A stretch of DNA of 64,000 nt from Takakia lepidozioides (taxonomy: Eukaryota; Plantae; Bryophyta): positions 23,126,001 to 23,190,000 of the forward strand of contig CM060734.1 of assembly GCA_030704615.1 (NCBI GenBank). The letters run 5' to 3'. A model generated the notes under the pieces. The model was not told the origin of the DNA and ran no database searches. It worked only from the letters and a program-made list of their open reading frames with translations. Shown piece after piece: positions 11,384 through 21,734 of this stretch (the first letter of the stretch is position 1; every line of letters starts with the position of its first letter). The position numbers were made by a program, and so were the translations under genes.

Positions 11384-12690
11384 CTATGCACGAGAAAGAG
11401 CAGCTCTGGAAGATGTGTAGGTAACCTGTCTATTCTCCACATTCAAGCAAGTCAAGTCAAACGTGAATGTGCAGGGTACTAACAAAGAAACATGGACAAA
11501 GTTAGCAAGATGAGGAGTGGAAGCATGTTGAGGGAGAAGGACATACTGCCTATCAGGCAAGATTTCAGTGATCAGATAGGGCCCATCATTTCTCTTTGCC
11601 TTGGAAATCTGTTTACCAGGCCGAAGTCTCACACAAACAGATTGCCCAACTTTGAAAGCCTCGGAATACACTACCTTGCGATTGTAACGCTTGGCTTGAG
11701 AGGCTTGAGCAAAACGAATGTTAGACGTAGCAGTTTCACGCAAACGACGCCGCTTGGCATCTATAGTGAGTAGAATTCCTCCCAGTTTTCAGGCTCTGTA
11801 GCAGAAACTTGCAGCCAAGAAATATGCAAGAGACTACGACATTTTCTACCATATAATAACTCGAAGGGAGAGATTTTGGTACTAGCATGAATGAAAGTGC
11901 GATAGGCAAACAACAAGATAGGAATGGCTATATCCCACTCATCTATATGGGTCCTATTTTTCTCCAACATTTGACACATGATCTTGTTAAAGCGTTCAGT
12001 CAAGCCATTGCATTGGGGGTTATAAGGGGCAGTCACTGCATGTGTAGTATTTAGATTGAACAAAACAATCTCCATGAGTTGGTTGCAGAATTGGGTACCT
12101 TGATCCGTGAGGATCTCAAGAGGGCAACCATGTCGGAGAATCACCTTATCAAAGAAGAACTGTACCACCTCATCACTGTCCTTAACAACCAGAGGTTGGA
12201 GCTCAACCCATTTCGTTAGGTACTCCGTAGCTATCGCAAGGTAGGCATGGGTGCTTCGGTCTTAGATAGTATGGTCTTAGCATGACAGGGTACACATCTT
12301 GCAATGAAAGCTGAAACGTCGTTCACTAATCCTTTCCAGTGATACTGTTCTTGTAATCTTTTGACTGTCTTCGTAACCCCCAAATGACTAGCGAAAGTAA
12401 ATGCATGATACAATTCAAGCAAGGCAGGGACAGCGGACCTAGGAGGGACTTCCACAACAGATTGGCCTTCCAAAGCATTCACTCTGAACAAACGCCCTTC
12501 ACTTTCCCGATGGGTGGGTAAGTGCTAGTTTACTTGCCTCATAAGTAGCTTGGATATGCCACTTAAGTGGGTGCCGACTTTGCACCTATGGAGAAGAGCA
12601 TCGTAAAATAGATCATCCATGCCTACAACACTCATGGCCACACAACAGTAGGTTAGTGCAGGTGGAGAATGAGTGTCCGCCCCCGTTTTC
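11384..12690 (-). pseudogene. Gypsy-type integrase (HHCC, DDE core with first Asp region deleted, GPY motif)
   Basis: YHAFTFASHLGV..YHWKGL..RCVPC; ATEYLTKWVE; RHGCPLEILTDQGTQF; YNPQCNGLTERFN; SPFELLYGR; DGPYLI. Confidence 0.92.
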
Positions 12691-12758
12691 TCAAAGTTCA
12701 TCAACACTAGTTTTTCCACAAGAACGATCATCAACAGTGTGAGTGCCATTACAATCAG

Positions 12759-13566
12759 CTACCAACTGTGTGGCCTTAGAGGGGGGGGGTTGAGCAAACC
12801 TGCTTTGGCAGCTTTGAGCCTAAGTCGTTCCTCCAGAAGACCCATCATTGCATCTTCATGGTGATAAAGCTGTTTCTGCAGGAAGACTCTTTCAGTCGGA
12901 GGTAAATCCTTGATGAAGCAATGCTTCAAGATAGCGGATCTCTCAAAAGGACATCGACCGCCTTGCATACTGCTGTGCGAAGATCAGAATAGTACTTCCA
13001 CAAGCTGTCACCAGGGGTAAACGTTAGATCTGGGACAGTGTATGCAATTGGTTTGGCCTCACGAAACAACCTACCAGCCAGCGTTCGTGCTTCATTCCAT
13101 GTCAGTTCATCTTTGCCCTTAATACTGGACTCAAAGATCTTCCGAGCTTCACCCTTCAAACAAACACGAAATATTTTGACTATGAACTTTTGTGGCACTG
13201 AGTTGATCTCCTTACTAATGTTGAAAAATTCTAGAAAGGACTCAAAGTCATCACCCAAGTTATAATCTGGATATTGCTGCTTATGCATATTTTCTCTGGC
13301 ATCATCAGACTTGGTCCCAGTTGTTTCCGGAGTATGTTGTTTGATCAATATTTTTCATTAAAGGAGGACAGTTCGAGATGAACCCATGGCCTCACACAAC
13401 TCTTCTACATCAAAAGCTGGGCCTGATGCAATCTTCTTTTGGAGCATTTTTGGAGTGTTCTCCTTGTTCGGCCTTCCCTTTCTCATCCACCAGCTCCCTT
13501 TCTCTAGCAGCTCTAGCCTCTAACTCACTCAGCCCTACAGTCTCCTCAGCCTCTTTGTCTAGCATG
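12759..13566 (-). pseudogene. Gag-like (retrotransposon capsid-like) ORF, frameshifted
   Basis: LGDDFESFLEFF..FRVCLKGEARKIFE..TWNEARTLAGRLF..PGDSLWKYYSDL; homolog at 34162-34842. Confidence 0.7.
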
Positions 13567-13608
13567 GCTCTGGTGAACACATGCACATGAGCGGAGAGGT
13601 GATACCGA

Positions 13609-14504
13609 TTACCTCCGATCAGATGGGGCCTGGATGAAGTCTTCCCAGTTTGCCACACAATGGCAGCTGATATATCGTTGTTTAGGCCAGAGGTATACTG
13701 CCTCATCCAGCTGCTGCCACACCTCCCGCTCTGACTTGAGCCAAAATGAGACCTTTACCACGGTGCGCACCCGCATTTCTTTGATCACCAGGGTGTGGGA
13801 TGGATAATCAGAGGCCTTTGCCGGTTGGGACAACCCTACACGCTCTTGCTTGAACAACCTGCCGGGAAAGACAACAACATCCGAAATGTTATGCACAAAA
13901 CGTTGCTCAAGCACCCCCGCAACTACTTCCTCCCAAGTGGGCTCGGGCTCGGAAATAACAGGAGCGACTGGACACAGGTTAGCAAGAGCAAGAGACGTCC
14001 CACCTTCCCACAATCTTAAGGGACTAGGCTTATGAGGATAAGCAAAACCTTCCAACTCCGTATGCACGTCCCTGGACACTGTAAACTGCGGAATGCCCAA
14101 CTGAGGCCAACTAGATACTTCACCGATGAGCATACGCTTTTTGAGCACAAGAAAGGGCAGCTTGGCAAGAATCTCGTCAACATGTAGGACCTGTAGCAGC
14201 TTCCCCGCCCAAGCCCCTTGCAATGTCCGTTCCACTTTGCGCTTCTGCTCCCGTTTCTGGGCTAGAGTTTTCGCCTCCTTGGCTGCCTCTTCTGCCACTT
14301 CAGCCTCAAACTTAGCAACCCAAAAGTTAGATGGTGTGTCTAGTTCAATTTCCTCACGCGCCCAGGGCTCATTCTCATAAAATGCAGTGTATCTACAAAT
14401 ATCTTCACTCAAGTGAACTTGCAATTCATGCAAAAATGTAAGTTCAAAGTTGAGCTCTGGGGTAACTTTAGGGATAATCTGCTCAAAGCTGGAAGAGGAT
14501 GCCA
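13609..14504 (-). CDS. ORF1 of unknown function (about 300 aa, open) upstream of Gag
   Basis: MASSSS..ELNFE..ELDTPSNFWV..REQKRKVERTLQGA..SWPQLGIP..WEEVVAGVL..ERVGLS, collinear with 33266-34146. Confidence 0.7.
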
Positions 14505-15754
14505 TGGCGCACAACATGAAGGATCGACACTAGCCTGCACAAGTTAGAAGCAAAAACGCATAAGCGAAGAACGAGAATCGCCACCATTTCGCCCTCTGAC
14601 GGCTGTACCTTCTTCTCCTTGCAACACACCAGCACCTGCAATGATTAGTTCATCCGTTCAAGGTAACAGTTTAGTTGCCCCCCATCTCCACGAAGATTCC
14701 GGGGCCGTAGGGTTATTCCTCTTTATCCCGAGAAATTACCTGCACTGGGGTTGTATGCCCTGTAGAGCGGAGCGCGCTAGCTAGGACGGGATCTTCACTA
14801 ACACCATGCACAGAAGGCACTTTTCATCCAACTTCAAGCACACACAATCTCACACAATCCACAGCAGTTCGTACACCTTGTGAGATCTAAAATCCACCAC
14901 CCAGCTTGCGTTCGCGCACTAGTTTAAATAATATTAAGCAGGAAATCTAATCTAGGCCAAACGGCCTTCATCCATTGGCCAGCCAGATGCCATCCCAGCT
15001 GGACCACTCAACAGAGCCACCTCATCTAATCTAATCCTAAACTAGCTGTTAACAAAAAGACAATCTATCATAATATGGTCTAACTGTACTAGCTCATCCA
15101 AGCTATAGCAACGCAACGGTTCATCCAGCCTCATCCACGCTCCATCCATCCAAGCCCAAAAAGTAGGTGGGAGGGAATCCAGCCTTCACAGGGCCACCAA
15201 CATTATATATATATATATATATATGAAGGAAATTAAACCTTGCTCTTATTGTTATAGTTTTCTTATAATTCAGATATGTCTATCCCTATATACCCTTCAT
15301 TTATGGGTCTTATCTAATCAAGGTATATTCAAGTTAAGATTTAAGTGGGGGAAGATTATCTCCTTCATGTAGGTACTATCTAGTGGAGGTATATCAGGAT
15401 CTTACTCATGTTTGGCACCAATGCGTGGTCTCTCCCTTATAGGGAGGAGCCAATAAAGCCTTACAGGGTTCAAATAAATAAATGCCATGATCAAGCATTA
15501 ACACCATTCCCCATGAGCAAAGAATCAGTGACAAGGGACGCAACGTGCGCAGGGCAAGAGACAGAAGAGCACGGACTCTGGCGGAATGATCATATGGAAG
15601 TTTGAAGGTGGGAGCCGATGGCTCCGCATGTTGCGGTGAGAGAGCTTTGGGACTTAGTTTTTGTCAAGCCCTCTCCCGCGCCACCTACCTGCGCCCCTTA
15701 AACTGAGTTTGCCGAATTTTTTTGTGAATCCCGCCGAAATATCCACGTAGCTGG

Positions 15755-16162
15755 AATTGGGGAAGAGAAAATACAGGTGGACACGATTTCTGAATGTCCA
15801 GTTCTCAATGTCGTCCACTAGACTGCCGAAGGCAATAGTGGGGTGGGAAGCTTTCTAATTGGGGAAGAGAAAATACAGGTGGACACGATTTCTGAATGTC
15901 CAGTTCTCAATGTCGTCCACTAGACTGCCGAAGGCAATAGTGGGGTGGGAAGCTTTCTAATTGGGGAAGAGAAAATACAGGTGGACACGATTTCTGAATG
16001 TCCAGTTCTCAATGTCGTCCACTAGACTGCCGAAGGCAATAGTGGGGTGGGAAGCTTTCTAATTGGGGAAGAGAAAATACAGGTGGACACGATTTCTGAA
16101 TGTCCAGTTCTCAATGTCGTCCACTAGACTGCCGAAGGCAATAGTGGGGTGGGAAGCTTTCT
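15755..16162. repeat. Tandem repeat, 4 x 102 bp, units appear identical
   Basis: Unit AATTGGGGAAGAG...GGGAAGCTTTCT starts at 15755, 15857, 15959 and 16061. Confidence 0.95.
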
Positions 16163-17680
16163 CTTTTGAAGTCGGTAGAGAGACAGAGGGCATCCAGCTA
16201 AGCTGTGGTGGACGTCCTTCAAGAAATGTGTTGCATTTCTAGGTCAGATCATAGAGATCGGTCGCAATGCTTGGTAGGGTGATGTTATACATTGAGGAAG
16301 AAACAGGAATTCAAGGCTTGTTGCATCAGCAAGTTGAAATGACAGGGTAAGGGGTGGTGGAATGCCTTCAATTGGGCGTTCTTTAGCAGTTCTCCCAATT
16401 GATAGCTTGGCCAAGTGCAGGAGAGAGCTAGATTATAAGGATCAACCTCAAAGATCTCAACCTAAAACCCGCAGTTGGAGGAGCATATTAAATTCGAGAA
16501 ACTCAACAGCCTGGCAATCCCTGCCTGCAGTAGGTTTGGCCTTTTGGCTGCATGTGTGGATAGGTGAACTCTGAGGGTTATGAGTGTCCGAGCATGTTCA
16601 CTGTAAAGTTGACTTGGCATGTATTGACATTCTAACATCAGCCAAGTCGTGAACAATGACCTACCTTCTGCTCATCACCACTCTTTCGACAAGCAAGTAG
16701 TGTACACAAGGAGATAAGACGAAGAACTCCAATGGATCTTCAGGCTCCTAGACTGTCTGATCAATTACTGTGGGCTATAAAAAGAGTGAATCTATTTGCT
16801 CACTGAATCCATAAGAATGTGGTTGTTCCAGGTCGAGATTTTGGAGTTACCAGTGCAAGCATTCCCCAACCACTTGACTGTCGCACCCAACACTTTGAAG
16901 CTTTGAATTGCAGTTTAGACTCATAAACTCTGCCCTAACCCCTCTTCTGTCTGTTCCCGCAACGAATTTTTGCATCATTCCCCTAACTCCCGTACCCCTC
17001 CTCACCTCCAACGCCTCCCCCCCCCCCTCTCATCCATTTGCTCCATTATGTCATTTATAAGCCGTCGCTGCTCGGCTGCGAATCTCTACTCAGCCAGACA
17101 ATATGCAGCTTCTTCTCTCTGCCAAAGCCGCCACCCCCTATGCTCTCTTTAAGCGCTACTGTGCATTCCAGCTCAGGGCAGCAAACTTCCCCCTCGTTCT
17201 TTGTGAAATCGGCTGAGATTGATAAAGAGGAGCCGACATTGTCATGCCCGCTATCCCCCCTTATTGCGCCCAATGGCATATGCGGCTGATCAGAACAGGG
17301 AAGTGATTTCTCCCCTTCCCCTCATTAATGGATGCGGAGTCCAAGTATGCTTCCCACTCTCCCCAGGATCAGAACCTCCTTGGTCGGACTGCCCGCATCA
17401 TTTCATCGCTGCTTTATCTCCCTTCTGATTCTCCCCTCCACCATTCCCCCAGTCCCCTCGCTTAATTCTTTGAGGCCTTTGCTTACGGGTCGCCCTGTCT
17501 TCAAGTCTGATTGCTCGGAAAGGGGGACCTGTGATTTCATCGCTCCTCTCTCCCCCATCTACATCTGCTTCCTTCTGCCTGGCATTAGCATTGTCTCACT
17601 ACGGGCCCTGCTGGGTGGGTGGAGTGGTGAGAGCTCGTGTGTGCTGCTTGGTACAGGTACCAGCAATCCCGAGCTCCAGG

Positions 17681-19918
17681 ATGAACGCCAGAGGTGTCGG
17701 GAGCAAGCGTAATAGCCGAGGCAACGCTACAGTGCGTAGAGGCTCCATGAGGCTTCACGGCTCAGCTCTGGCAGTGAAAGGCGGAAGCTCAAAATGGATC
17801 CTGAAGAATGCCTCCACTTCTAACGGCTCGGGTGACTCGATACTGGGCAAAGGTCCGACCTCCAAGGTTGACTCTCAGTCCCCACCATCGGACGACGGAT
17901 TGTGGGAAGACTCCATCCCCCAAGAGATCCCTGAGCAACCTGTTCTCAAATTGGATAAAAGAAAACTCAAATCTCAGGCGGAAAAGCTTACGCAAAGGGG
18001 GATTCTGATTTACTTCCCAGGAAAGCTGCGACCCAGGCTATGGGTCCGGACATGGATCACTAAACACTTGGGTGCTCAGGGAGGTCTTGCCCATCATTAC
18101 TGTCTCTCTATGGGCAGAGGTTTTTACCTGGTGCTTTTCTGCTCTCAACAAGAAGCTGAAGCTGCGCTAAAGTTCAACACTCAAATGTCAGCAGCTAAAG
18201 TCTTCTTATTTCCATGGACACACGACTGGGGCCACAAAAAAGGTGTAATGTGGAAGCCAAGGGTGATAGCAATACCCTTTCTACCGGCAACTTACTTGAC
18301 ATCCCTGCCTGAAATAGGAGCCAGCTTCGGCACCTACATCGGATCCTTAAACGTATCAGAGCCTTTACAGGAGAACATCTTAAGCGTTGACACGGAAGGG
18401 GCTCAATATGACTTCACTAGGGATAATGGAGTGCCCAAGCTCGTTGTTCTCATGCCAGAATCGGTTCTAATTGGGTCCTCAATCAAGTTACCTACACTTG
18501 ACGACTCCTTCATTGTCGTTTCAATCCGTGAGGAAATCATTTCCACAATCTGTTTTGCCTGCAACGGAGAGGGTCACGTTCGCTCAAACTGCCCGAAGCT
18601 AGGCAGGCAAAAAGTCACAGAAACTCCCACCCCGGTTTTCTTTCAAAGCGCTGAAGAGACATTTGAAAGGTGAACAGCACCGGCAGACCCAAAGGTGGCA
18701 GTCCCTTCTATGGAAACGGGCCCAGAAGTGCCTCCAAGGGGACTAAACCTCAAGAAGAGGAAACGAAGAGGAGAAGCAGCGAAAAGAATCCACCCGAACC
18801 GGCCATACGACCCTAACCCAGTCAAGATTGCGGATGCTTGGGCCTCTTTCCCATTTTCTGAGGAGGAGATCATGCTATTGGACAGCACCAGCTTAGCCAT
18901 TGCAACACTGGAGCTTCACTCATTTTCCAGGAGACCTCTTACAGGATGGGCTCCAGGATCTGCATATGCCAGGGACAGGGCGGCGATTTGCGTGACCCCC
19001 CTTGTCTTCACGCTCTTTGACGGCTTCACCAACTTTTGTATCCCTATCAGCGGAGAAGGATTCAGGTCTGACTGGGTTGATGAAGCTTTGGCAACTGGTC
19101 TAGGTTCTGGAAATCCAAAAGAAATCACCCTACACTTGACCAGGAAGGTTCTAAGGGAGTTTTTTCCCCACATCTCCCTTTCACTCTCACACATGCAGCA
19201 TATAGGCATTATTGTTGAGAATAATGCAGCTCTTGTGAACCTGGCGATCATCCATGTTCTCCCCATTTTCAGTTTCAAGGACCTGGAAAATGTTGAAGAA
19301 CGCAACAATTGGATGTGGGTGGATAAGTTTGGATTGTCTTGTAGGGTCACTGACCCCAACAACTGGGCCCGAAGCTCTCTCCTTCTAGAAGGACTGAAAA
19401 TGGTGGCAGAGCTTGTAAGTCTCCAGAAGCTGAAGGGGCTGGCTACTCATGAAGGAGAGAACTCGACGAAAGTGGAGCACTGCACCAACAAGGAACTGGT
19501 CATCTTCAATGAAAAGGATATGCTCATATCCTCCAATGGGGCCAACAACAACACGGACCTGTTTCTCCCGGAGGAAACAGTGGATTCTCCACCTGCGGTA
19601 AGCATGATTCTTCATGCTTACTCTCCCCTCCTTTTCCTTGTTCCTGGAAAATCCAACCCTATGCATGGTTTGACACTAGTCTGTGATAACCAGTCCCCGC
19701 AATTGAAGCTCCTGGATTTCGGCAGTGTCAGTAAGAGGAAAGAGTCATTTTCCAAAGTCATTTTTGTATGGAAGCCTCTGGACAATCTCCCCCAGCCTGA
19801 TGGCTTCAAGTGGATATACACACTACACCCTGCTGATAAAATGATTGAATTCCGATTTCTCCCCTGTTGGCCATCAAATCGCGGGAACACCGTGGGCCTC
19901 CTCGTCGTTGTGACATGA
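17681..19918 (+). pseudogene. L1 ORF1 (DUF4283-like plus zinc knuckle plus long C-terminal extension), with one in-frame TGA at 18671-18673
   Basis: MGRGFYLVLF, CFACNGEGHVRSNC. ORFs 17531-18673 and 18695-19918 are in the same frame. Confidence 0.75.
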
Positions 19919-20310
19919 ATCTCTCCTTCACCAGTTGGAATATTAGAGGCATTGTGTCTCATCATTCTGCCCCAAAAAGGGCGAGGATCAGACAATGGGC
20001 CTCGAATCTTCTCAACCGTTCCTCTCTCATCTTCTTTCAAGAGCATAAGCTGGATGCTGATAAAATTGCCTCTCTGGGAGGTTCGATTTGGCCTTCAAAT
20101 TCTGCTTTTTGGAACCCCTCGGTGGTGGATTTTGGTCTCCCCTTCCTTGGGACCATCCATTCTAGCTAATGAAATTTAGGTCCAGGGTAGGGTGCAATTC
20201 ATAGCTATAAATCTGGGTCAGTCCATTGGTACGGTAGGAGTGGTCAATGTTTATGCGCCAAACCAGGAAGAGGAAAGAGTTCAACTCTGGTCCCTGATCA
20301 AACTAAAAGT
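19915..20310 (+). pseudogene. L1 ORF2 APE endonuclease N-terminus
   Basis: MNLSFTSWNIRG, LIFFQEHKL, GVVNVYAPN..ERVQLW; the ATG overlaps the ORF1 stop (ATGA). Confidence 0.9.
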
Positions 20311-20349
20311 TTTGTAGCATCTTCAGGTTCAACACTGGGTGGTTGGTTG

Positions 20350-20480
20350 TTGGTTGTCTGGCTTGTTGATCAAGTATCGTAACGCCATGTGATCAACGAA
20401 AAAAGTAAATGGTGTCTCCAATAAGCAGTGCCGATATTTCTTCACGGCAAAAATCATTCCTATTATTTGCCTTTCTCTTT
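20350..20480 (-). pseudogene. Gypsy RNase H fragment
   Basis: GMIFAVKKYRHCLLETPFTFFVDHMALRYLINKP. Confidence 0.85.
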
Positions 20481-21528
20481 GAGCTGCCTGGGGACGTTTT
20501 GAAGTTTCCATTCTTTCTTTCTTTCTTTCAATAGATGATTAATGATACTCAACAAAGATCGGGCACCTCATTGTACTTAAAGAGATTTGAACTTGCCCCT
20601 TGATTAATGGCAGGTGCATATTTGAACACCATGAAAAGTCCATGTGTTGTAATCTCAGACATTTGCTTGGACAACTCTTGTCAGCAGTTCATCGCATCTC
20701 ACTTGCCAGCTTTATTATCCTGAATGTTGCTGTGGGGGGATCCAAGCTGGGGAGGTGTCCACTGTGTGTTGTGCCTTGGTTAGATCTTTGGTAAGCATGA
20801 AGCTCCAGAGGATGGTATCACTAAGTAAAGTTGTCACGGGCATGCTACAGGCGAACAAGGACAGCTGAGCTCATGGCGAAAATGCCTCAAATGCTTGCAG
20901 ACATGAAGGTGATGTGCTTTGAATTTTCCTTTGCAAATTAGTTGCTTGGATTGTGGGCACAGTTGGAGACTTGTAATTTCCACATGGAAACCAAACCACT
21001 TTAGACTTGTTAAAATTATGACGCATTCCTTGTGCACTCTAGCAGAGGCAATGGCAACACAAGCATGTAAATGCTCCAGATAGGTGGAAAGGATCAGGGA
21101 AACAGTGTGCATGAAGTTATGTGCGGAAGTTATGTGCGGAAGTTTGAACATATGCTGTGAGCATGACCTAAAGGGGGACGGGAAAGATGGGGAACAGAGA
21201 TCGAGTTACACAGCAATAGACAAAGAACTACTACTTCAAAACTAAGGCTACCAGAGAGGTCATCATGGGTGTTCACAACAGGGTGGAGGGTGACATCTTT
21301 GCTGAATGATTTCATTTGTTTGTACGTTGATATTGCAGAAAAGAAGACTGGAGAGGAAGTTGAAGTCGTAACGTGGCCATCTCATTTCGAATGAGGGGCT
21401 TGTAAAGGCTCGGCTTGGTAATCCTTGACTCACCTGATTTTGGGGTGTGTCGGACATGATATCTTCAGCATGATATGTTCACCTTCAACCCACAGATCAA
21501 CTCACAAATCGAGCGTCTAGAGAAGAGA

Positions 21529-21734
21529 TTGTACTCATAAGACGTTGTTTGCCGTAGCCTTGTGGCCATTGACCCCGCGCCCAGTTTGAGCGGGAACAAA
21601 AGGGACAGAACCTACCTCTGTCAGGGGCTGACGGTGGTAGTAAGACTTACCTCCATATAAAGAATTAATCCAGGTTTTCCGGATATCCTCTAGAAATCCC
21701 TTCACACAAGCATCAATCTGCTGTGTGATTTGCC
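21529..21734 (-). mobile_element. 5'-truncated LINE (RTE/RTEX-like), copy 1
   Basis: Homologous to the 3' ends of 36505-37070 and 56541-57256. TSD CGTCTAGAGAAGAGA at 21514-21528 and 21735-21749. Confidence 0.9.

Larger units (their letters stand above)
10865..15202 (-). mobile_element. Gypsy-integrase element: LTR-like leader, ORF1, Gag-like ORF, integrase; no PR/RT/RH and no matching 3' LTR
   Basis: Terminus TGTTGGTGGC at 15202 abuts (TA)n; TATTTAAAC at 14923-14931; ORFs listed separately; homologous to 29580-34842. Confidence 0.8.
16935..20310 (+). mobile_element. L1-clade LINE, 5' portion (pyrimidine-rich 5' UTR, ORF1, start of ORF2), 3'-truncated
   Basis: ORF1 with DUF4283-like region and CCHC knuckle; ORF2 APE endonuclease start. 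Confidence 0.88.

Noticed and set aside
15755-16162. Hammerhead ribozyme or retrozyme array
   Set aside because: No CUGANGA..GAAA core on either strand.
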